From contig CM022670.1 in assembly GCA_012295275.1 (NCBI GenBank), positions 15,996,001 through 16,060,000 of the forward strand: a DNA stretch of 64,000 bases, in the 5' to 3' direction. The notes below the pieces were generated by a model. That model had not been told where the DNA came from and did not search any database. It saw only the letters and a program-made list of their open reading frames with translations. Shown one piece after another: positions 14,352 to 27,985 of the stretch (positions are counted from its first letter, which is position 1; each line of letters starts with the position of its first letter). Both the position numbers and the translations under genes were made by a program. The stretch comes from Chrysomallon squamiferum. Taxonomy: Eukaryota; Animalia; Mollusca.

Positions 14352-16537
14352 CTATACAAACCCTCCCAACATCATAACAAATACTCATCTACATGGATTA
14401 TTTAAATCAATGTACTTACTGAATTTACATCTAATTATTCAGAAAATGAATTCTAAACACCTCTCCCATTCAGACAATTAAAAGGATTAAAGTGCTGGTC
14501 AGCTCTAACAACAGAATAATCACCAAGTAAACGTTTGCACCATGTTAAAAGGATACTTCAGATAAACACACTGGATTAAAAACTAAACTATAAGAACTCT
14601 CGTATACACTCATTGTTAAGCCTTTTGTTAATCTTCAGCTTTTGTTTTCCTCTAAAGACACTATCACCGTTCATGTTAAGTCTGGAAAACTGTTCCATTA
14701 CCAATTCCCTTGTTCCCCTCCTAGAACATGTTCCGCCATCAATAACACTTGTCATAGCATGTGGTACTTACTGGTTCAGTGTGGCTGATTCCTGTATTCT
14801 CCACTGCCTACTGGCAGACGGAATTCTCTCATGACAATAATGTAGTTTGCTTGTAGTGCTAGTATTTAGCAAACACTTTGACACTGTTTGAAGAATCACT
14901 AATTGAAACTCCTTTGTGTGTGGGCCACACGATTAAAACCAGTGTCAAGGCACTGACACGTTAAACTGTTCTGTGCATTTGTCACACTGTAAACTTCCTA
15001 ATTAAGATTTTTATAGGCCAGAGGCGCCAATCTTTAATTTGGCTTTGGCCATTACTTTTCTGAATTATGGGTGATCAGGGATTTTAAAACAACCCCCTAA
15101 CTGTGTTACTGATGAAGTTTAAGGTGCTGGGTTTTTTTCTTAACATTTATTTTCTGTTTAGCTAAATCATTTCTATATAATTAAACTTTTACACCTTTGT
15201 GAAATGATTGTCAAGCACAACGTGGCTGTGTTTTAATTTCAGACAGATGTTTAAATTATTCCTCATGAGCAACACGTATTAAAGACTTCCTACTGGTACA
15301 TAAAATAGCATCATACTTGTACTTGGCTTTACAGAAATTAAACTACTCTCTTTGCTAAAAGCAAATTTTAGTTATGATAAAAATATTGACTGTGTTATGT
15401 GGTGATTTAATTTTTTATTTTTTCAGGTTTCTTTTATAGTGTGTGTATGTGTCTGTCTGTCTGTCTGTCTGTATAAGTATCTCTGTGTCTGTGTGTACAT
15501 GTCTGCATTAAACATCTATCAATCTGTTTTCAGTTTTTTTAGACATGCTGTAATATAGGTCACAGGCAGTTTGTTGTTGTTTTTTTCACTTGGATATTAT
15601 TGTCAGTTTGTGAGGTGTCAGGTGTGAAATGCACACCATCTCACTAATCTTTCTTGTGACCAAAAAACTCCATAAAATCACTATCTCACTTTACTTAGAA
15701 TCACGCTTCACACAAAACAACTTTTCAACACAGTCCTCTTGTAATTTATTATCTTTAAATTATAATAACAACGTTCTAAGGTTTTTGCACAACAATAGAC
15801 CACTGTAGCTGCACAATGATGATGATGATGATGATGATGAAATTGCAACTATATTAGACATAAGTATAACATATGTACAATGTAATAGGAATTATATTTT
15901 GTTTGAAAGATGAGAGCAACAGTAAATATATGAAGTATATGAAATACTAAGATTGTAAAGTTTGCATTGTTTGGACTGGGATGCAGTGGTAGTTGCTGAT
16001 GTTGTGTGAAATGTTGATACAGCACCCTCAGTCTGAATGTGAATTAGACTGATTGGACTTGCAGGCCATCTTTGAATGTTTTGCTCTTAATATTTGTTTC
16101 TAGAGATCTTGGTGTTGAGATATTTTCTAAATAATGATTTAAAATTTTTTTTTTTTTTTTAAGAAAATATTTCTCAATAAATACTTGTTTTCATTAAAAA
16201 TTACTTTATCTGAACCAAATCTGATATAAAATGTTTAAAAAAAAATTTAATTTTTTTTTTTAAATTGTTGTTCAAGTTGTTCAATGTGAATGTGCCATTA
16301 GGTCTTCCTACTAGCATTCCTCTAAAGTATCAATTAACAAAGACGCAGCAACTTTTTTTTATTCCTCGTCTTTTTTTGTGTGGATTTTTCAATGCTTTTT
16401 ATAGGACCATGAAATAACACCTTGTCACCTTCCCAGTAATGCATGGGTTGCAGGTTTCTCTGTTCGGGGTAAGGTTTTTTTCTCCACTGTTTTTATTGCT
16501 ATGAAATGTCTAATGACTGATTTCTTCTCTTTTGCAG

Positions 16538-16575
16538 GTCAAATTGGTTGAACCCTACTGATATAGCCAATCCAG
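16538..16575 (+). CDS. Ror: Putative 38-nt Ror exon, (W)SNWLNPTDIANP(D)
   Basis: Strong acceptor tttcttctcttttgcAG and strong donor CAG|GTAGGT. Open in phase 2 to 1, supplying the phase-1 junction needed to enter 47683 as D-G-T-G-Y. Confidence 0.6.
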
Positions 16576-16816
16576 GTAGGTGGTCATTTGTTGTTTGACT
16601 AAACTTCTTCTTTTTTTTCTGTCTTAAGATACTAAGCTTTTCTGTTGTGTTTTTTTACTTCTAAAATTTTTCACTTTTTAAACTAAAAAAATAATAATAA
16701 TAATAATGAAAAAAATAAATAAAATTCAAATTTTGTAATGATATAATTTATTTATCATTATTTGAATATTATATTTATTATTTTTGTAATAGACTTTCTT
16801 CTTTTAATTTCTGTCT

Positions 16817-16851
<35 letters not shown>

Positions 16852-18359
16852 TTTTTCTTATAGTTCATACTGTACAAAAAATACACAGTGAATGACAATT
16901 ATCATGTTAAATCATCAGATGACATTAAGTGATAAAGAATATGTTTTAACTATGAAAATAAACCTACAAAAAAATTAATTCTTATACATTAATGGATAAT
17001 TGATTTGATGGAATAATAATAATAATAAAAAAAATTCAGAATAAAATATATTGAATTTGTTCATTTGAATTTAGTCTGGTTTCATTTCAGTAACTGTGTT
17101 AAAACTAATTTACTGAAGTGGCAGAAAAGTGATAAATGACTTTCCTTAATTGTCTTGTATGTGTTAAATGGAGATAAGATAGTTTTCAACAGAAAAAGAA
17201 ATATTTTTCTTTTTGATTATTGTTTTTCACTGAATGACTCTAGAGAATATGAGTTCAGATTAATGCAGTTTTCAGCCAGTTAGACAAAACTAATACAAAC
17301 AGCACATAGCAGTAACTCAATTTCAAGTGACTGTTGCTGATATTTGATCCCATGATCCTTCAGTTAATCTCTGAGCTACATTTTTTTCACTGTTGTATTA
17401 TATCTCAACAAAATTCTGCTATCATGTAGCATCTTTGATGATACCTGTAAAAAAAAAAAAAAAGTTGATTGCAGGTAATAAAGAAGTTTTCTTAATTTTT
17501 ACGAGAACTGCAGGTTTCCTCTTTTAAAATTCGAGCTACTACCTCTGATAACATTCAGCCTCTGCTGCACAGCTTTGCAGCACCAGAGAATGAAACAAAA
17601 ACTTCCTCCTTTTCCAACTTTCTCACAGTGGTGTATCTTGACTTTAACTGGGCAGGATTGAGTAGGTGAGGTGAATGAAGGAAAAAAACTGCCTGGTACC
17701 ATTTTGTCAATTAGCAGAGATCCGACTTGCACAAACCAACAGTGACACCTACACTTCACTTTGGAAGACTGTCGCAAAGCTTATCTTCAATTTGCATGTC
17801 AACATTTATCATTTTTCTGCTTCTCCATCTGAAGATAAAGTCTTCCTTAATAACCAGTGCAAAATTTAAAAACTAATGTGCTTTTTGGCAGTAATACATA
17901 TTGAATAAAAAGCTTCCCCTTTCTTTTTTTTTTTTTTTTTTTTTTTTTCATCTTCTAACTTGCCATAATTAAGATTTAGGAGAAGATTTTTCACTTGGTA
18001 AGAAGAAGACCACCTTGCTGCTGTGTATAAGTAATGTGCAGCACAATCACAGCTGCAGCGTGTTTGCAGCATACTTGATGGTTCATTTGCTTGCTGTTAT
18101 GCCAAGTCATATTTTATAACTCGACTTCTCTGTCATAATAAATAGCTCTTCTAAGAAAACACAGGCAAAGCGCGCATTTACTGATATTTCTGTTATTTGC
18201 GTTATTCGTGATAATTAAAATATGCTAAAACTTGTTCTGAAAATAAAATCTGAAATTCTTTTTCGTCGTTCATGTTATCAGTTTCCTGAAACGGTTATTG
18301 GCCTCGTTTTCGTACACTATTCACCAACACAGACATGTTTCTCACAGTGTTACTATGTT

Positions 18360-18435
18360 AGGATTAATCCTCTGACTATTTGTGGCTCACATGTTTAATC
18401 CTCTGTCTTATATGTGGCTCACAGGATTAATCCTC
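18360..18435. repeat. ~31-32 bp tandem repeat (2.4 copies) carrying AGGATTAATCCT palindromes
   Basis: aggattaatcctctgactatttgtggctcac / atgtttaatcctctgtcttatatgtggctcac / aggattaatcctc. Confidence 0.8.
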
Positions 18436-18489
18436 ATTCTAACCAGAGATCTTACATATTTATTTATTTACATCATAGTCTGAGCTATT

Positions 18490-18545
18490 AGATTATCCCA
18501 TCTGTGGGAAGGTGCACAAATGAAATAACTTGCTGCTGACATAAT
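18490..18545 (+). mobile_element. Degenerate interspersed repeat fragment (SINE-like)
   Basis: tatcccatctgtgggaaggtgcacaaatgaaataacttgctgct shares its core with 12894-12911. Confidence 0.4.
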
Positions 18546-18649
18546 GTAAGGACAATAAACCTTCTTTCTTACATCAGTGTTATAAAGAAAGCTGTGTCAT
18601 AATGATAACTATTAATGTTTAGAATTATGCTTATTTTATGTCGAGTAAC

Positions 18650-18686
<37 letters not shown>

Positions 18687-21374
18687 TACATGTAACTGTA
18701 CATATAAATGAAGATTCTTGTTATACACTGTAGCACTTCTCTGGTTTACTTTTCTAATTCAATTAAATTTTTAATGTTTTTGTGTCTTTGTGACATCAGT
18801 ACAGTTTAGGGTATTTTCTGACATGTATGTGTTTTGAGTTACACAGAGTTTTGCAGAACAGTACATCCGTGTATGCTGGGGAATGTTGGTATTTGTTACG
18901 CATGAATCACATTCGACAGTACATATCAGTATGCACAGACCAGCTGATTTTTCAAGTAAAATTCAATGAAGTAGTAATCAGTCCTTGACTTTATTCTTAA
19001 CATGACAAAATGGCCGATTTGTCCAGAAATTCACAGTAATAATTTCTAAACAACCAATTTCGGATAATTAATTTACTGGAAATTATGAACCTCTGTTTGC
19101 TCGTTTAAGAAAAATGGATGTTCATTGTCCACTTTTATGAGGAGAAATCAATGAACTGTGAATCTGTGTTAATTTTAATTTGTTAATTTTACTGGGAAAC
19201 TTTCATTTCTGTTTGTGAACTGTATTGTTCCATATTTCTGAAAACAGATTACAACTGCTTGACAGTATACCTAGTTTTATCAAGAATATACTTAGAGACT
19301 TTGGATATATATTACTTATCTTTTGGCAATACACAGCCTTATTTAATGCCTAAGAATATATATATTTTTTATTTAGTTAGAAATTAGCAAGAATTAAAAC
19401 AGTAAATGAATAATAATAAAAATCTGAATTGTTTTTCTATGGTAAAAAAGAAATTTTAAAGTTTATTTTAGTACATGTATTTTGATATTTGTTTAAATGT
19501 GTTTTCAGAAAATTGCAATCTGAAAAATATTTTGAATTTTATTAAATGTCTGAACTTATTATAAAAACTAATATATTGTTAAAAATTTTTTAGCACATTT
19601 AAAAAATTTATTAATTTAATTAAAATATTAAATTTTATAGCTTATTAAAAAAAAATTAATTTAACTTATATATTAAATATTTTAACTTACTATAAAAAAT
19701 AATTTATTAATTTAACTAAAATATTATTAAATATCTTAGCTTATTACAAAATCTAATTTATTAATTTACTTAAAATGTTATTAAATCGCTATTATTAACA
19801 AAATAATTTACTAATTTAATTAAAATATTTTTAATCATTTATTAAAAATACAATTTACTAATTTAATTAGAATAATATTTAATGTCTTAGCTTACTATAA
19901 AAAATATTTTAGTAATTTAAGCTGACTTAGCAACAAAGTGTCAGCAGTATATCGTGACCATATAACCACACATCACACATATATATATACGTATGATAAG
20001 AACGTTGCAAGTCTTCTCAAATACATCCACTGACAAAAGCATGTAGCTCTTTCTTTCTTCACATCTGCATCATCACATTGTGTCATTTGTTTACTGAAGG
20101 AACAAGGACCTCAATTTTGCTTTTCTTCCAGGACTGGTCTATTTGATGCTAGGTTAACTGAGTAAATATCGCAAGTACTGAAAATCCTTTTTTTTTTTTC
20201 TTCTCTAGGTGAGAAAGATTCAGAATACAATTGTAGCTTAAGAAAGAGTAAATTCGGTTTGTGGGTATTTTCATAAAAGACAACATTGTTTGTTGTGTGT
20301 TTACTTAAATGTTGATATAAGTATTGAATGGATGTGGAAGGGACTTTACTCCCATACCTGTACAGGTATTTCTCTTGTGTGTTTTAGTTACAACAATACA
20401 CAAGACACGAGTTTGGAGATGAAAAAGAGAATCATTCACTACATACATATATATATATATGTATAAACATTTTTCTTTTGATCTGAAAAATGAAGTTTCT
20501 GACACAAAATGGGTGATGCAGCCTGGAGCGGTTTTGTATCCAAATTGTATTAAAATTTGTTTAAATTATTGGGTGTGTGGCTTTCTTGACTTAATTTTAA
20601 CAAAATGTTTTCACATTATTAACATGCAGTTTTGTAGTTTAAGTAGTTTTGATAGAAATTAGTAACAATGTGTGTCTTCCTTCATTCTGAACTGGTGGGA
20701 AAGTAAACAGAGGAAATGTGAATGCTTTATTTCAGTATTACAAGTGTGACTGACAAATCCAGTAAAAGCAAAAATTAAAATGAACACCGTGTTACAGATG
20801 TCATTGTGAAAGTAAAAACTTACTTTTTCAAGAGGTCTTTCATCATTTTCTTCATAATTGCAAAGATACAAATCATGTGCTGATGAATTTAATGGCAACT
20901 GTGGACTTTTCTCAAGCGTGTAAATATAATTTTTGTTTAATATAATTTCTATTTGTCTTGTTTGACTTTAAAACAAGCTGCTAACATAATATTTCAGATT
21001 TATTTCAATTAATATTCAGGAATAAATATTTTTGAACAAAAATCCCCCCCCCAAAAACCCACTTACATTAGCCAAATGTCCATTTGTTAACTTTTGTGGT
21101 GAGCAATGTCCAATGAGCAAATGTCCTTAAAACTATTTTTACAATTGTGAATGTCCATAAAAGGCATAGCCATTTACATTTACATCATCATTTTATAAAT
21201 TTAAAAAATTTAATGAAACATTTCTGAAACTTAAAATGACAGTAACATAGCATCTACTCCTATTTAAACAGGCAGATACATACATAGAATTTACACATAA
21301 AGTGTAAAAACGTTTTAATGTTCTCACAACAGTGTTATATATGTTAAGTTGCTTTAAATTTCACAGTAGTCTCA

Positions 21375-21376
<2 letters not shown>

Positions 21377-21466
<90 letters not shown>
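21377..21466. repeat. (CA)n microsatellite, ~45 units
   Basis: Seen directly. Confidence 0.98.
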
Positions 21467-21469
<3 letters not shown>

Positions 21470-21866
21470 TCACACACTATTTTATACATAAAGAATGGGT
21501 TATCAGGTAGACTTGGAGTCACTATGTTTTAGACTGTCAGGTGTTGGCTAGGTGTTAGGAGGGAGATATGTCGCGACAACTATCATCTGCCATTAGTCAT
21601 GTCACTGCAGGTGTAACAAACACAGGGCAAATAATGTATGGAAGCATTTCATTGTGCTGATGATAATTAATTATTATTATACTGCAGTGAGACTTTTTTT
21701 TATCTTACCTTCAGCTTCTGTACTGCTGTTATTTGCAGTATTATAATAATAATAATAACAACAATAATATTAATAATAATAATAGTAATAATATATGTAT
21801 GTATGTTAGTACGTGTGTTTGTGTGTGTGTATATATATATAAGTGTATGTATGTATGTATGTATAA

Positions 21867-21896
21867 TGTGTGTGTGTGTGTTTGTGTGTGTGTGCA

Positions 21897-21945
<49 letters not shown>
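21867..21945. repeat. Interrupted (TG)n microsatellite
   Basis: Seen directly. Confidence 0.97.
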
Positions 21946-21947
<2 letters not shown>

Positions 21948-24900
21948 TTAACCTTTGCACAACATAACTTTATCAGGCTGCATAAATACCTGAATAAATT
22001 ACATACATCATTATCTCTATTATGAACACTGCAGGATACTGATTTCCCTGGCAGTGTGACTCCACTATGGAGTCAAGTGGTGACTGCAGTCTGCTCATTG
22101 AAAAGCCTGACATTTTCAAGTGTCTGCTCAAGTAACAATCAACATCTAGTAGCAGTGACAGTCAAATGGCTGCTAAATATTGGTAAATAATGTTAAACTG
22201 GCAGAACTGATTCATATTTTTTTTGCTGTAAAACGTCTCTGAGTTAATTTACCTGGAATGTTGCTGTTTGGTTTAATGGTGCCTGGTTGCCTTCAAAGAG
22301 AATGTCATTTATGTTTCTCCGTAAACTTTTTACTCCAGTTAACGTCTTCACTTGAATTTTTAGCTTCCTATAAAGATCTGCATGGATCCGAATGTGTGAA
22401 CCAGTTTTTTTTTTAGTTTTGTCTTGTTTTATTCATTTTTTTTTTTATTTTTTAATTTTTTTTTTTCAATTTTTTTTTTATACTTTTCAGATATTGAACT
22501 CCATGTTTATTTTATTATTTAAAATTTTAAAAAACAAGATAATTTAAGATTGTATTTTTATTTTTTAATTAATTATTTTATTATTATTATTATTTTGTTG
22601 TTGTTGTTCCAAACCATCATCAATAATTCCACACATACATTCACACAATTGTTTTTCATAATTCATTTAATGTTTAAAAACAAAATAAACAACAAAACAA
22701 TCAACAATGTAATTACCACAAGAAATATCAGAGTTAATATCCAACATTAAATCAAAAGAGAATTTCTTTCTATTAGACTATTTAAATAGTCTAATTCAGA
22801 TTTGACTGCAGTTTTATATATATATATATATAAATAGATGGTCAGATATAGATATCATTTAAATGCATATTCTTTTTCCAGCTAGCAAAAATTTATGATC
22901 ATAGAAAAATTATTATATTTATAACATTAATTAATTTTCATTCTGAAATTCAGAGTTAATTTAAAATTAAATCAGTTTGTGATTTAAAATGTTATATATA
23001 TATATATATATATAAATACATTAAAATTAAATTTAAATATCTTCAGTCTATAGGTGGTAAAGTATGTGTACATAAAACAGTGTGATATCCTCCTAATTAA
23101 ATATACAAAATGGTTAATGAGATAATTATTATAATCAGCTTTACTAATCTTCAGTTCTGTCTTTATTGTGTTGGTTTTGTTTTTCATTCTGTATTGGTTA
23201 CATTTCTGTGTATACCAACATGTACAGATATTCCCAAAGGTAAAATTATTCACAAAATGGAATCAGAATGACTTTCTATAAATTATATGTACTCTTTTAC
23301 TTTTTTATGGTTTTATTTTCTCCTTTTTTCTTCTTTTTTATGGACAAATTAGCACTTACTTAATTAAGTTTAATTGTCAATAAAAATTCTGTGGCTATTA
23401 AACTAGGGGTTGAATTGAGAGTGCAGCTCATACCTGTTAACTTGTCGGGTGCAGTTCACCTTTGACTACAGTTAAAGTGTGCTGTCAGAAAATTCCAAAA
23501 TTGTTCATACTTTATGATATACATTTAATACACACATACAGACAAATACACATGTATACATATACACACACATATACTCATATAAACATATACACAGACA
23601 TAATACTCATTCAAATATATACATTAATTCATGCACACATACAACACATTTGCATGATGAAAACTCATAGACACACACACACACACACACATTTTTTAAA
23701 ATTAGTGTGGGTTTTTTAAGATATTTTTTCTCAAAGGTGCAGCAGCATGATTTTCATCCAAAATATTCAACATTTCTTTCTCCTTACAATGTCAAACATT
23801 TATCTTTTAATTGCAAAAGAGATGCAGGACATTTTGTTTTCTCTCCGAGGTGTTTTGTTTTTTCTGTACATTTAACAGGTGAGTTGGGTTTGAGGTGGCA
23901 TTTATCAAATCACTTCTGCTTGTGGCACCACGACCCCTAGATTAATGGCCGCGCATATGAAGTATATCAGAAGATGATAGTGAAAAGTTTATTTCAAACA
24001 GTCTCAGATACGACTTTCAGCTGTCCCAGCCCCATCCTCCCGTTTACACTGCCACCAGATGTCAGCACCCAGACACAGCGCTGTGTTGTTTTAGTCATCA
24101 CTGGGAACAATCTCAGTTGTCTGGTTTGACGTTGTTTACTGTGAGAGGATAGATAGATAGATTTATTTATTTATTTATTTATTTATTTACTTTTTATTTT
24201 ATTTTATTTATTTATTTGTTACTTTTTATTTTATTTTATTTTATTTATTTATTTATTATTTCATTTTTCTTTTCTTTTTTCTTTCCTTTTTGTGTTTCAG
24301 TAGAAATATATGAAAGAGATTATAACAAAAACTTTATTTTTGATGTATAGTTCTGATGATAAACACTGTAACTATAGTGAACACTTGTTGCTAAGTCATG
24401 TAGTCAAACTGACTCTACTGACATAACACATACATCAATAAACATAACTGTCTTCTTGTGTTTGTAACAGAAAAATCATGATATGGGAAAAACATTTTGT
24501 TATTTGTTGGATTTTTTTTTTTTCTTTTTTTCTTTTTTCGGTCTGGTATGTCAGGTTTTTTTTGTTCTTGTTTTCAAAGTAAAGAAGCAAAACTGGAAAA
24601 TGACAGTTCAGGATGTTCCTTTCTTTCATGTTATTTTGTTTTTCATTAACAAAATCTTGTTGCTTTGATTTCTCTTACTTTTATTCCATTGTCGACTAGA
24701 CGTGTATGAATGTGAAACATTTACCAGCAGACTTACAAGCAAATTAACTCTCACAGAGTAACAGCAATTTTTAGTCATATTCACAAATATTAAACAGAAG
24801 TCTTTGCTGTTAAAAGCCAACTAAATATACATTTCAAGAATATGAAGTTGAAAATAAAAGGTATATAAAATTGCAAACATCAAAACTGCAATACAATCTG

Positions 24901-27765
24901 ATTATTAATGTATATGAGTTTTAAAGAATAATGTCTTCTTTCAAACCCTTTTGATAATGATATTACAATATAAAAAATAATAATAAATAAAATAAATAAA
25001 ATAAAATAAAATAAAGATAGGCTCAATTTCTAAATTTTCACGGATCCTATATTTAGCTTTTAATACTTGCATTATGTTGCATCCGATTCACAAAAACCAA
25101 AAATATGTTTCACGTTAAGATCTGTTTTCTCAAATGTGCATCTGAAAGAATATGGAAGTAATCAGAAAATTGAGTCTGACACTCTTAGCCTCAGACAGTG
25201 AAGTGAAAAAAATTGATGCGAGCAGGTTTTAGGGGAGGGTGATGTATGGAGAGACTGGAGACAACTGTTTTCATATCCACGCTGGTAGGTGGTGGCAGCC
25301 ATTCAGATGGGAAACAGTGCTTTAAAGCAAACAGACAGAGGCTGAAAAGATAATCAGAGATGAGTAAATATGTGTTTGCCTTATTAAAGACACCGCGCCA
25401 TATTTCAACTGCAGGTGAAGTCGTGGAACTGTTGCTGATGTTTCTATTTTTGTAAATACACACTGTTTGTTTCTGCATCCCAGAATGAACACAACTAATA
25501 ATATATTACGCACTTTTCACAACAGTATCTGAATTCTATATATTATGAAATTATCTAGCTCTTTTTGTCAGGAAGGAAGAAATGTGTGTCATTAATTACG
25601 CTATCAGCATCTTGTTTTCTCCCCTCCAGCTTTGTTCTTGATAGTGTTGTGAAAAAGCAAACAGCAGCGTACTAGCATATTTTGTTTTATCATTTACTTG
25701 TTTTTTTTTTTAGTTTTTTTTTTAACTAACATTTTTACTGTTTTCCATTTTCTAAATGGGTCTAGTTCTTAACACTTTCTCCAACTTTGGTTTTTAATGT
25801 CCTGAGAAATCAAATGCTTACACCCAGTGAATGTTTAATCCATTCAGTTTAGTGGGTTTTTTTACTGTTTAGAATACCTAACCAATTTTATTTAGACTAG
25901 TTTGTTGTCTATATTCCTGAATCACGTTTCTTTATTATTATTATTATTATTACTATTTTTATTATCATTATCATTACTATTACTATTACTATTATTATTG
26001 CATGTCTTTCTTGCTAACAGAACTGAATTGTTCCCACACAGTAAATATATTTATGACATTAACCTAACATTACTGGATGAATTAAACATATTAGTATACC
26101 TCTCAGTACTTTATTATCTTATTTATATCACTAAAAATAAACTTCTTTTTTTTTCTCCAGCCTAATTAAAACATTCATTTTAGGAGCATACTTGTTTTGT
26201 ATAATACTTTATACTGTTTTAATTAATTTTTATTTATTTATGTTCTTTCTACAACATTTAGTATGCTCTGTCATTAATCTTTTGTTCATTAGGATCACAT
26301 AGTATAAATGCAAAATTGTTTGAATACAAAATGAAATGCTAATTTGATTTTATGAAGTTAAAACAAAATATTTGTTTTTTTTAAAAATGAATAATAAAAA
26401 TAATAAAAAATTAAAAAAAATTCTAATAACTTATAATTTATAATCCAAATTATTTTCTATATGTAAAACTAACATTACTAATCTTGTGATATATTTTTGT
26501 TATCAAAAACTCATCTGCAGAATTGTTATATTATCAAATCAGTTACATTCTTGTTACAGACTTAAACTATGCAGTTAGAACATAATTAATAACTTGTATC
26601 CTTGTTACAAAACTCTTTTTTTTTTTTTCAGTCTTTAGCTTTTTATTTCTGTTTTATGTCTAACAGCACAGACGCCATTAACATTAGTCAATATTTTTCT
26701 TGTTAACTTTATATAGCTGTGTGTGCATGAGTGAGATAAGAATTTTGTTTTCTCTTTCTCTCTGACATAAATCAGAATTGAACAACTGTAAGTTGAACAT
26801 TCTGGGGTCTGTCACACTTATAACCAGCCCACCCAATAAATAATTATCTCAGTTTTAGTTTGTTTCAGGAAGTTAGTTATTTGTTCTGTAGGAAATATCA
26901 AAGTGTGGAAACTCTGTGAAGTTTTCTCGTGAAGTTATGGTTGCTTTAATAGACACCAGCTGAAATTTTTGCTAGGAATTGGTGCCTGTTAATGTTTTTA
27001 GTATATTAGTAAATTTTAATTCTTTTTCTCGTTTTAAAAATGTGGAATGTCTTATAGCATGGTTGGAAAGTTGAGAAAGTGGAGAATAACTTTTTATTCA
27101 AAGTTTTTATGAGTTTTTTTATTTTTATATCTTTGTTTTAAGTGGTGTAAAGATAATTAGTTTTAAGGAGGAAATAACATAAGAAAGAAAACATATGTCT
27201 TTCAGGTGTTTTCACTGATTTATTTTAAATTGCAAAAAGTTTTGAAATAATTATTATTTAAATACATAAAATTAATTTTTATTCATGAAAACAAATAATT
27301 TAAGCAAATCATTAAAAAGAAAAGAACATAAAACGGAAAAAAAAAAAATATAAGGAAAATGAATCTGTATAATCATCAAACATTTTTAATAATATTATCT
27401 TAATATTTATCAAACAGTAACTATTTACTAATTTTATTTAAAAAAAATAAATAAAAACCAGGCAGAATCCTGAAAATAACACACTCCCTTGTTAAATAGT
27501 GAAAAAATTGGAATAAAAACATCTACAGACTTGGGTTTATAGTTTGGCTATAAAATACATCATATATTTTCCCATAAGCCAGAATAATTTTTGAAAAAAA
27601 AAAAAACTCTGACACGGAGGAGTGTTGACACGAGAAACTAAGGGTATTATTTTGAAAACTTGGTGGAACAAATTACATACCAATCATGTAGCCAGGCTTT
27701 GTTGAGAAACATTTTCTGAAAGATCTGTCCACATTCTCACAAGTACAGGTCGTCCACACTTAATT

Positions 27766-27985
27766 AAACTAGTTAATTTTTGTATAATTCGTAGGTACGT
27801 TTGTGAAGTAGTTAATTTTTGTACAATGCTTAGGTACGTTTGTATCATTTATACATGCATTTTGTAAACTAGTTAATTTTTGTATAATTTATACATTCAG
27901 TTTGTAAACTTGTTAATTTTGTTCAGTTCATACATACATTTGTTAATTTTTGTATAATTCATAGACTTATTTATAAATTAGTTGT
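27766..27985. repeat. Degenerate ~40-bp minisatellite (aaactagttaatttttgtataatt...), ~5-6 copies
   Basis: Recurrent gttaattttt(g)ta core at roughly 40-60 bp spacing. Confidence 0.75.

Noticed and set aside
17440-17463. Minus-strand poly-T-ACAG|GTAT as a sign of a nested antisense gene
   Set aside because: No coding exon chain found on the minus strand; it instead shows that AG-GT motifs can arise by chance next to homopolymers.
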